Shown here in pieces: positions 37,523 to 49,900 of a stretch of 64,000 nucleotides of DNA. Both the position numbers and the translations under genes were made by a program. Under the pieces are notes generated by a model. The model did no database searches, was not told the origin of the DNA, and worked only from the letters and a program-made list of their open reading frames with translations. Every line of letters starts with the position of its first letter. Position 1 is the stretch's first letter. This stretch comes from Auanema rhodensis (Eukaryota > Animalia > Nematoda): positions 10,168,001 through 10,232,000 of the forward strand of contig OZ059894.1 in assembly GCA_964057225.1 (NCBI GenBank), in the 5' to 3' direction.

Positions 37523-39236
37523 TAGTTCATTTTTTAAAATAAATGATAATGATTGTACTATATATATATATATATATATTTATATATTATATTATATATT
37601 ATATTATATAAAAATTATTTTTCTTCCTCTTCTAATTCATCGGATGAAATTTATTTTCTTGAAAATCAGAATACTCACGGAAGGTCTTCATGCATCCCAA
37701 TTTTTTTCATTTTCAAAGCTTTTCTTCCCACCCTTATCGTGTTCTTTTTCAATTTTTTAAATCTTTCTGTCAACAATATAGAATAATAATATTATTATTA
37801 AGTTCAGATTTCAATATATTAGGTACATTATGTGTAACATGAGCATAGAAGGTTCAAAATTCAACTGTTTCCTATGCACTAATAACCTTCATTTACCTTT
37901 TGCTATATGGTATATTAATATCCAAATATGTAATTGTTGGTCTTCATATAATCAAATTCCATCTAATCCAAATGTATTATTATTTATTATATATATATCA
38001 CATATACATAGATATAGTATACTATATATAGTGAAGGTGTTTAATACAAAAATCAAAAAGCATGTCTAATCTATTTTTCCGTTTTTTTTTTCGGCAAAAA
38101 AAAAGAAAAAAATGAAGAAAAAGAAGAGATTAAATGATTTGTTTCTTTTGATCTTTGCATTCTTCTTTACAATTGTCTTAATCTGTATATTCCACCTCCA
38201 CAATAATCAACGAACAATAATCAAGTTTGATCTTTAGCTATAGAACATTTTATTTTTATTATTATCAAAAGAAAATATATATTATATGTAAATACATGTA
38301 TATGAGGTCAAATGCTCCACCTACGATATGAAACTTATAAGTAAATTCAATTTTTGCAAAAACATGTTTTTTTACTTTTAATTATATTGAAATACTGAAT
38401 TACATTTTCTTTTTTTGTATGTTACATCTATAAGTACAATAAAAATTGAATTTTTACAAATATTTTAACTATAAGTATTTTTAGATCGAATCCTCATAGT
38501 TGCTAACTATGCAACATGTGGAGTTACACCTCAACTTTGAAATTCGTTCATAGCCCACTCACTCTATAGCCCTTTTCCCTTTGTTTTTTTTTCAATTTTC
38601 TATATGAAATTCAAGTTATTTATCAAATATTATATGTAAACTTTATAAATAAAAATTGTATATATATAAACTAAAAATATAAGCATGCTGAATCGAAGTG
38701 CTTACAACTGACCTAGTTCAATACTTTCTGCTTATGCTCACATGCACTTCTGAGCTTTAACTGTGAGAGAAGTATTTATTCAATTTTCAGTTTATTTTTC
38801 GTGAATTTCCTCATATGGCATTCAATTCAATTAAGTTTTTCGGACAAATACACACAAATGTTCGAAAGTTTCTATTGAAAAACAAAAAACAAATGAAGAA
38901 TGATGTTATTAAACCTGTAAATTCCTGAACAGGATTATAGGTAATATAGGCATAAACAAGGAAAAGAAAGAAAGAAACTAATGAGTAAACACAGTATATA
39001 CAATTGAAATGAATTATATATGATCTTTTAAATATTTATTTATATAATATATATTGATGTGAACTAATTTCAAACATCAAACATTCAAATAATCAAAAGA
39101 ACTGTATGAAGTATTTCCATTCACTTATTCAATTCGATTTAAACGATGATGATGATGATGATTACAAATATCCTTTAATATCCTTTTTAATTATTATTAT
39201 AAACATATACAGGTTAGTATTCCCCCCTTCTCTCTC

Positions 39237-39269
<33 letters not shown>

Positions 39270-39489
39270 TTCAATCTTGTAAATCTTTTTTCTTTCCTCC
39301 TTTCATGCAGCTTTAATCAGTGGGGACAAGATTGTTTAACGAGCTATCTCCACTGCAGCTCACGATGCTGCAATCTGATGACAATAATTATTTCAATTCA
39401 TTCCATCCTGAAGATTTTTTATGCTTTGGTTTTTCCACAGATGTTATCATTCAAAGACAACAGAGATCATTCTTCTCTCTCTTTCTCTC

Positions 39490-39535
<46 letters not shown>

Positions 39536-40966
39536 CCTCTCTCGTACCACGTTTCAACACCTTTTCTACTTATTCATTTTGAATTTTCACTGTCTTTTCT
39601 CAAGCCATATAAACTGACACTAGTCTACATTATTACTCTTCTGCCAACTCACAACGGGGACATACATAAAAACGGCGACACAGGATGAAAGAGGAAGAAG
39701 AAGAAGGAGGAAGAAGAAGAAGAAGAAGAAGAAAGACAAGTGAAGACAACAACGATCACGATGAGCAAAGATAGAACTGCGAATTCAATCTCTGACAGCT
39801 GGTGAAGAAGCGTTTCATCACTATAATTAGTTGGATTGATTTCACTATCCTGAATATCCATATTATTCATGTGACGTCGAAAGACTGATATCCTCATGCT
39901 CGTCCGCTTCTTCATAGCTTTGTCCACTGCTCGCCTTCCTGCTTACTTACTTTCAGAATAATTCATTGCAAAAAGTTATAGCGATTACTGGAGTCAGCTT
40001 TGACCCTTCTACCAACCAAACTAAGCCAAGTTTTAACACGAGAACAGATTTGAAACGGCGGAAGTAAATGAACGTCGTCTGAATTCCTCGCTTCCTATTT
40101 TGCCGAGGGCAATGTAGCCATGCATACAGAACCTCGTCTTTGAATTAGACAACTCATTGATGTCTGGGGAGTGATGGACATGATCTTAGCTCTTTCCCTT
40201 CAACTACTATCATTCTAAAAGCCTCAGCTCAATTCATGTATATATATATATATATCATATATGTTCATGAAAGTCCGAAATCTGCACAAACTTTCAAAGT
40301 TTTTGTGAAGTCTTTCGGAAAGTACAAGTACCTGCCCTTTTCCGAGTAAAAAAATTTTCTCAATTTAAATAAAATCAACCATATATAAGATGAAATACAA
40401 ACTTTATACAAACTTGAACTGAAACGTGACAAGAATCACATTAGTAGAACTAGTAAAACAAGAAAATATACAAATATGGATATAGAAATATGAAATTAAT
40501 AAGAATCACAAGGATTGCAGGTCAAAGAGTCAGTCAGTTAATTCTACAAATTTGTAAAAATTATATAAATGAAAGGGATAAATTCTAAACGTATAATACA
40601 TAAGATTTTGTCTTGAAAAATTCATTTTGATAGAGAAATTCTGAACAAATTCCTCTATCTAATACCGGTAAATGTATCACCACATTCTCTGACTACAGTT
40701 GAAAATATAGGAATAAAACGAAGAACATTTACAGAAAATTGCTCCAAATTGAAGGCAAATGCCTGATGATAATGACCCCAAAACAGTAGACGGTCAGACT
40801 AAACTGTCAAACAACAACAAGCGAAGGAAAAATGCATAAATTCTGTTTTTTTTTCACTAAGAAAACGATGACGATGAAATTTAAAAAAAAAGGAAGAGGA
40901 GGATAAAGAAGAAGAAGCAGAAGACATTGGTATAGAGATCGTAGACAACAAGTGAAGCAGTCTGAC

Positions 40967-43900
40967 CTACATTCTGAAACCGAAAGCTTCAACGAACTGA
41001 ACGATGAAATCTTCCTTGTCTCCAGCCAAAAGTTCGTTATCAAAAGTATCACAACGTTGTGAACGTCCATGGTTCAAATCAGCTAAAAATTGAAAATAAT
41101 AGATGAGAGTTGGGTGCAGAAAATGCTTACCATCAAGCCATAAGCCGTAATGCCCACTACCAGCACCGATAGCAAGGTATTCCTTAGTGGCATTGACAAA
41201 GAACTGATTCTCTCCAGTCCATTGATATGGGCGAAGATCACGAGTATTAGGGGCTTGTCCAAGGAAGCGCCATAATTGACATGAATCTCCAGTTCCTAGA
41301 AAGATCATTGTAAGCAACATTTTCAATATACAAAGTGATTGTTGATGAACGAACCTGTGAAGTGATCAGAAGGTCTGATAGCACCAGACACAATGGCTCC
41401 GAAAATATGATCTTCGGTGTCTCTGATAATAAGAAGTACAGGCGAAAGGTCTTCATCGAATTCCACCATTTTTCTGAAAGCATATGAAAATAAAAAAACT
41501 AATTAGAATCAACTTGAAAGAGTTTGAATAGTAATAAAATGATATTTACCTGTAAAGAGTGGCTAAGGAAAAGCCGTGTTTCTCAGAGTTATAGATGCTG
41601 ACCCATGGATATCCCAATGCACGTGGTGGAAGAATTTCAACAAGCTGCAAAAGGACAAACATATTCTCATTTTCCGCTTCAAATTCTTTTTTTCATGTAT
41701 GAACTACTCTATAACTCATTATAAGCTATTCAAGTGAAGAGATTTGAAGTCGCAATAGCTTCAATAGATAGCTTATGAAGTGTAAAATAGAAAAATCTTT
41801 CAATTTTCATGAAAATTCAACTATATTTAGATAAACGGAAAATTGTACTGATAATATAAATTGAATTTTGATGAAGAGATGATAGTAGTAACAGAATAAT
41901 GAAGATATTTTAAACGAAAATAATCTCTCACCTGTCTAATCATGTACTCATCCAGAATCTGTGATTTGTCCGATCCTTCTGGAATAGGTAATTCCAAATT
42001 TCCTCCATCAAGTGATAAACGACGGCATATTTCGGATACAGTAACCAACTCCCATTCACGATTAAGGAGAGACGCACCAAAGAGTGGACCAGGTTTCTCG
42101 CCTTAAAAAGTACTTTAAATGTTCTCAAAGATGAAAAGAAAAAATTCATTTGGGATTAATGTGTTGACACTCATATGAGTCTATTTTGGAATTCAAAACT
42201 TCATTCTAATAGTATAAACTCTATCAAGTCTATATATACATAAAGTGTTTAGTATTTGCTATAGCCTTTATCGTCATTCAAAGAAAATAGAGATTTTCAA
42301 GATTCAAAGCCCGCAATTTCTACAGATTTTCATGAAAATTAGAAGAAAAGCGTTTGTTCAATCAAAAATAGCGAAACATAATTTCTTTTTGAAGTTGATG
42401 ATGTTTTTCTTTACTTTGTCTCCCTTTTGAGTGCTGAAGGTGAACGTAAAAGGAGTATTGACAGAATTTGAGGAGAAGTGGGCAAGATATTGCTTTTTAC
42501 AACAGCAAATATCATTTATATATTTAGGTATAAGGTAAAGCAAATTTAGATATTTTTGAACCCAAAATCCGCAAGTGCATACCACTCATAAGCTCGACTT
42601 CTTGATCGATGGCTTCTCCAATTGCAGTAACCATCTGACTGAATCGACGCTGACTAACTCGACCAGCTTTACTCAATGGCACTGATAAACGCCGCATGCT
42701 GGCTCCCAGATTTCTCAGGCCTTCTTCAGAGGAAGCAACGCTTATGCTTGAAGCTAAAGACGTTGTTGACGTCTGTACTTTGTCCATAAATGAAGACAGC
42801 ATGATGTTGTGTATGTTTAAACCGAATTAAATGCGATGAATAGATGCAGCTGACGTTTCGAAAATCTGCGAAGCGTTTACTGAAGTCTAGAAAAGGAAGC
42901 ATGTGAGGTACGCGTGATAAACGACGTTTGTTCTAATTGAATGTATGTATGAACAGGAAGAAACGACGAAGTGTAAATCAATGAGGAGGAATGTCATACA
43001 TGTCTTCTGGAGAAACTTGTGTGCACAAGTTGGTTGGTTTTCTAATGAAGGAAAGACATGAGGATAAGTATTGTAAGACAGATAAGCTCAAACATAGAAG
43101 GAAGCAATACGAAAGATGTTAGAGGCAGAAAGAATGGCAGGAAAACAACGATGAAAAGTATCCAAACGGGAAGCTAACGTGGATACCATAGTTACTTTCG
43201 ATGTTGCTATCAGATTTCTAATACGCAAACAAAGTGGAATCAGCGAGAGCTTTCTAGCATAATAAAATTTTTTATGTAATCTCTTTAGTTGTCGGAACAT
43301 GCGGGAAAATACAAGTATCTATATAACTATACACTAACACACGTGTGCATTCTCATTTCAAATGTATTAAACTCAAAAGAGCGGTTGTGTTCATCGTTTG
43401 GCATGTTTCTCTACAAGCGCAGTTTCTAAGCCTAACTTCTACTCACATTCTTAGCATTTGTGCTTAAATTTTTAATAATATCTGCTTTGGAGTGCATATA
43501 TCTAAATATATGAACGAGATATAAGAAAGGAACCAAAGATCTTTTGAATATAGGAACGGAACAAGATCAAAATAGATTGAACAAGAAGCATAAATAGAAA
43601 TAATTCTCTTCAAAAAAGCTGTTTGGATAGTAATACTGTGAGGAGAAAACGAAAACAAAGATATGAGACAATGATGAGGGTCTGCACATGAAGTTGAATA
43701 AGATGCAGAAGACTAATGCTGAAGCTTAACGACTATACTAGAGATGGAACAACAGCAAAAGGACACATGGAGCATGACTGGACTGCAGACATACTTTGCC
43801 ATATCATTATGACCTTAGTAAATGTCACGTTGCCTGCAATCCTTTATAGGAGTTTCTCCTAACATGGCGAATGTTAAGAACAGGCAAGCAGCTGGCAGGG

Positions 43901-46900
43901 GATGCCTAAGGCGTGTCTATAAACAGACGAACTCAACGATGAAGTACGTCCGTCAGAGCACGAAGCTGGTGAGAGACTGAAGGAAGGGGCTTCCATGCCT
44001 TCATCGCCGGAGGCGGAGCGGACGGCAAGCCAATGCTGCAGATTAGAACACGACACACCCGATTAAGCCAGAAATGTAGTTTCATTATTAGAGTCTCGGA
44101 TACCACAACAGTTCTCATTTTTTTACAGAAAAAGAACTCAGGCCCATTTAAAGAGAGATTTTATAAAATTATACCGATAAAATGTAGTCAATGCCAGAAA
44201 AACAAAGAAAATAACTTTCAGATTGAGAAAGATTGTTCATAAATTCGTTCTGGCTTTGAGGCAATGGCACTTGTAACATAACTGTGAAACCATGCTGCTA
44301 GATATACACATCAAGATGTTAGGGCATAAGCAAGATGATGCAAGCACATTGAGTAAGAAAAACAAGTTTCTAAAGCGAAAAAAGAGAAAAAGAAAACAAA
44401 GATGATGATGATAACTTGGTGAAGATGGTGATGAAATATACCAAATTTGGGTTTTCCCAAAATTGGGTTTAAACTACAAGATCTCTGGTTAGTTATAATG
44501 GATAAGAAGCTCGGAGAGCAGACGTTTTTGGTTAAAGGTCGAAGCGTTGTTTCTTAGTGAGAACGACAAAGAATGAACAAAGTAGGTGCAGCCAATTTCA
44601 CGCTTTACATTCTTCCAGACTCGTTTGTAAAGATCTTGAGTAGGTCCATGTTCCTTCTCAGTCTCTCGAAGTTTCCGTTTCTCTATCATCTCTCTAGACC
44701 ATTTTGAATATTTTTTTGGAAAGTTTTCAAAAATGAATTAAGTTATGTTGTTGATGATTTATGAGAGACAATGAAGGATGAGGAATGAGATATATGAACA
44801 CGGGCAATGAATCCAATAAAGAGCGTGTTGTAGACGGATTCTGTCTAAAAGGGTGGAAAAGAAAAAAGTGGCCCTCCTCGACTTCCTCCCCCGCCCATAC
44901 CTCATTCTCCTAAATTCTCTTTATCTATTAGGGTCCTCCTCTCTCCTTCTCCTCCTTCTTATTCTACTCCTCCTACTCCTTAAAAACATATTTGCTAATT
45001 AATACTAAGGATACTCTAAATACAAGTGTAATCCAAGAAAATGCTCCGCTGAAGTCAAAGACTATGATTATTCGGGGAATGAAAAGAAAAGCTAATTTAT
45101 TATGTATCTCTTATGAGAGAGCAGTGAGTAGCTTAATCAGGCAAAATGACACTTAAAATGCAGAAGGTATTACTTCTGAATATAGAATTTTAGGTTTGAT
45201 TTCAGTATATTCTGCCTCTCTTTCGTATGAGTAGGTTGAGCTCCTCCTCATCATTCACATAAGTTTCCATGACAAGTTTTAAAAAGTTACAATGATCAAG
45301 TGAAATGAGGAGAACCACGATACCGGATTAAATTAGATTCACGAGTAGATAGCTTATATGATGAAACCGCCAAATGAGATTCTTATTCTCATCTTTTCTC
45401 TAACATCTATTTCTCCTATTTCATCTATCTAAACTGCTTCGTGTTCATCTCAATTTTGGGAACTTCGGTACGAAGACAAAATGGAAAAACGAAGCCAATT
45501 TCCAAACAAAAAAGTCTCTTGCACACGAAAAAGCTAGCCAAGTACCGGATATGGTGGGCATCATCTCGCTTGTCTTTCGCTATTCAAAAACGATTCTAAT
45601 TGCTGCAAAAGATTTCAAAGCTATGTACTTCAAGATGCATAGTCGGTTTAGAAAAAATATTTTTTTTTGCTAATAGAAAAGTACTCTAGAAAGAAGAAAA
45701 ACGCACTGTTTAGAGTGTAGGCTCCGAGGGAACGAGATCGACCTCGTTCTTCCAATTTTCGTTGTTGGTGCTTTTTGGAGAAGAAATGTCTGCTGATTTT
45801 CTTCTTTTCTTGCTTTGCCGAGTTAAATGGTAAATCCAAAGGAAAATTTGTTGTTGTTGGAGTAGTTGGGGTTGGTGGTGTATGTTCAATTTGTATTGTC
45901 GGTATCTGATGATTTTCCATGTATCCGTCGTTATAAAAATGGTTGTTGTTTAAGAGGGTGGCTATAGATTCCTCCAAATTAGCCAGTTCGATGGTAGATC
46001 CGTGATGATCAACTTCAAGACCAGAGTCGACGGAGATGTCCGATATATTTGAACGAACAGACAGTTTGGCTTCGACTGTTCGATTTTTCGAAAATTGCTG
46101 GTGCATGGATTCCAAGGGATCAACCGATTTGTCTTCATCTGATTGATCATTTGGCAAATCCTTATTATGACGACTAAACTCCTGCTGTTTCATCAGCTGT
46201 TTTACATCATATTGAGTCATGTAATCGGGACAACTGAGTCTAGGCGAATGATGCCGAGCACAAGAGAGAGCCGTATTAGCACTAGAGATGGCGGTATGGG
46301 CACGTTCACGGCCGTGCTGTTGATGTTCTGGAGCAAGAGAAGAATGTCCTGCACCCATTTTAAAGAATCAGTACAGTAATGGAAGTTTATGTCTAAAAAT
46401 GGGCAATTTGATTACAAAGTTGGAGACAAAACGAACAATGCGAAATTAAACTTCAAAATAGAAGAAAGCTGAATGGAACAAGTAAAATCAAAAGGACAAC
46501 ATGAGGATGATGAAGATGATAATCATCTTTATGTTCATCAGATGTGTCGATATACATATCCAAACAAATTATAAGTAGAAAGGAAAAAGAACGGAAGTAC
46601 AGTAAAAGAAAGATTTGTATTTTGCACAAATATTTTGGTTATCACTAGGAAAAGGAAGGAAACAAGGGTCCAGAAAATTGAGAACTTTATATTCTTAGTA
46701 AAAGCAGACACAAAGAAAGCGAAAACTGAAGAAGATTGTGATATTTAGGAAACTTTTATAAGTTTTTGGGGGAAGATAAGAAAGCATTTTAAGCTTGTTT
46801 TAAACATTTTAAAACCAAAATGTTTATTTAAACGCTCACAAATATCGAAATAAGTAAAAAAAACTCAGATTGAAAACTGAATAACCTTTTGCTTTGAATT

Positions 46901-49900
46901 TTGTAAAGAAGGTATGCCATGAATTTGAAAATATCAAAGCATGGCATTACACTGAAGGCCGAATTGTCAACTGAATTAGCGGTGTCTGATGAACATTGGA
47001 GAGAAAAACGCAAAAGTACTAACGGAAGGACTGTACTGCTTAAATGAAAACAGAGGTTGTGACCTGGCAATATAAAGGAACGTTATCTAAATCTAGTAAA
47101 GTGGGACGCCCACTAATCTATGGGATTGTTATGTGATAAGATGGTCAACGGAGAGCAAGCCAAAAGAGCCAACTCGACAACGAACTGTATAGACAGTTAC
47201 TGAACTCCGGGGGTGGCGGCAATCTCCATTATGTCTGTTAGTGTGTACTCATCAGTACGTTGATCTGACTCAAAAATATCAAAAAGAGCATTTCCAGTTC
47301 TGATATGTGTGTGTGTATTGTTTTTCTCCAGATTATTCATAAATCGTTTTAAAAAAAAGTGTAGGGCGAAAGAGAAAGAGAAATAGAATAATATATTATT
47401 ATAGTTATGTTCAAGATTTCTTATTTTGGCAGAACCGGAACGCTGGCTACGAACTTGAAAAAGAAAGAGAGGCTGAAGAGAGATTGGGAGAAGTGGAGGT
47501 GAGTGTATGGCGTGCTAGCTAGAAAACAAAGAATTTGTTAAGTAAAAGGACAGTTAGGTCGCGTGCACAAAAAAAAAGATACAGAAAAGTGCAGTATTCT
47601 GCGATAATTGAGAGGAGAAGTAGACGAACGAAGAAAAAGGTAAGAGTACATAACGCAGATAGCGAGAAAGGAGGGAATTAGGAGATGGAATGAAGGAAAG
47701 CTGTTCATATATCCTTATTTATAATATTCTTTAATAATTGGAAAAGAGATAGAATCGATGGCTTATCGCTCATCAGAATCCATAAAAGATGACACCTACT
47801 GTATCGTGAAAAGAAATAAATAGATAGGGAGAGGTAATTTGCGAGACAAAGATACTGTTTAGACCGTTTCGAATCGTCTTCTTCTGGATGTCCAGGAGAA
47901 ACGACGATAATGCATGTGATCAGAGGTTCGAGAGAAGAAAACGTGAAATAACAAGAAAAGGTGAGAGAGCCTTGACGGACACTCGCTGGGTTTTAATGAT
48001 AATAGAACCTAGATGTTCAGTTATTATCAGTTAGTGTTCATCGAGCAACAAGTATAGTGAAGGCCCCAGAACTTCTGGAGACACATATCAGACTATCAAA
48101 CTGATGTAGAGGGAGAGAAGAACGTGAAACTATAGTGGAAAACAGAAACAACCTTTCTATAATATTGAAAGAACCACAAATCTTCAACGTTTTTCAATCA
48201 AAACAGATAAGCACGTTAGAACGAAAACTCAAAATAAGCCGAAGTTTCAGAATCGTACAACATATGAATGTGTGGAAGTATACCTTGTATCAATTCATCA
48301 ACTAAACTAACGGAGAGTCAGTCAACTAGCCAACAGGACGGACGCCCGCTCGGTCGGCTACAGATGATCAGAACGGTGATGATGATGATGCCCACCATCA
48401 AACCAGAGCATCGAAGTTCAGGTCACACTCTTGCGTTTACGGGCTACCATTAGCGTATTTTCGTTTACTACTGTTCAGAAACAGGTTACAAGTTAAGAAG
48501 ACAAGTACAAAATGAAGAAGAGATAGAGGGAAACACTTTTCAGGAAGTACATGCTCTTTAATGGTTGAGGTCGTAACATTAAAATATCTGAACTCGATGA
48601 ACATCCTACGAACGTGAACGCCAGGTGGAATGAGAAAGAAGGTGGGATATTGAGTCAGCATTTGGGAATTAAATCAAAAGGATTACCTGCTAAAACAGAA
48701 ACCCAATGGGCATAGGTGATCAGTGATGATAGATTACATCCTCTAACAATATATTTGAAGTTTACACAGTACAATAGAAACAGGAAGATTTGTAAATGAG
48801 GGGAGGGTGGGCGAGCGAGTAACAAAGGGAGAGAGAAGTGAGCGTGGTTGTTATACAGCAAATGAAAAGAATTAATAAAGATCATGTCAATGATGTTTGA
48901 CTATCTGATGAGCAATACAGACAGAAAAATAATATCTTTTTTTTTTACGAATTTTCGATTGCTACTGTCAATCCAGTAAGAGAATAATTGGACCCGCTTT
49001 TATAAGAGAAATACTTATCAGGTAAATGACGTAATTTAGATCTTAATCAGCCTTTTAAAAGACATGAATCACCATATTTCATCAAAATTAGAGGGGATTC
49101 CTATTCGTACCTGTCCACAAAAAAACCTATTTTTGGAATAAAGTTTCGAATTACATGTGTGTAAACTCTTTTAAAAATAAAACCGTTGTTTCGTAATATG
49201 GATGTGTACAGGCTTTAAACCTACAGTTCACTTCATGTTATGACTTTCCTTACAATTCTTTTATCAATTGAGAGAAGATTGAAAAGAGAAATTATCAGAT
49301 TTGTATATTAGGAACCAGGAAGATAATAGGAAATCATGACCCGTTTTGATGAATAACAGATTAATTAAACAGAAATTTATGAATTCAGTCCTTATCTTTT
49401 GAAGGTTCGTTAAAAGAACTAATAAAAGATTATAAGAAAACGTACTTGATAAGCTTTCATCCACATTGGAATCAAGGATAAGGAATCCCTTTTCTTCGCC
49501 AGAATTTGTTTCGTTCATAGTTGAAAGAGCAGATTCATCCAACGAATTAGCAGTAGTATCCTGAAATTTACATATTAAGTATCTTTATCTTATTTAATTT
49601 TTCATATATTCTTTAGAATTATTTCAAGAAGAAAGACTAACTTGTCCGTATTTTTCAGGAGACCACTGAAGGAGGAAGTGGTAAATACTATCAGCCTTGT
49701 TACGAGGAATAGCAAACCTAAAAAAAATAAAATTGAGAAGATAAAAAACGTGAGTTAGTTTAGCAAAAATAAATAATTAAAAGAAACTAACCAAAATTCT
49801 CTCTTCAATTTATTTCCAAAAGTAAATTCTTCGTCGTATGAACTTACAGAATTTCCTGCACCTGGAGAAGAGCCTGAATATCAACGTTAAATACACAGAA

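Noticed and set aside
37600-37980. Minus-strand exon-like fragments with GTGAGT and GTAAAT donors
   Set aside because: No stop-free, phase-consistent model could be assembled.
45263-45276. Near X-box GTTTCCATGACAAG
   Set aside because: There is a mismatch at the conserved terminal C, and it is about 570 bp from the nearest candidate start.
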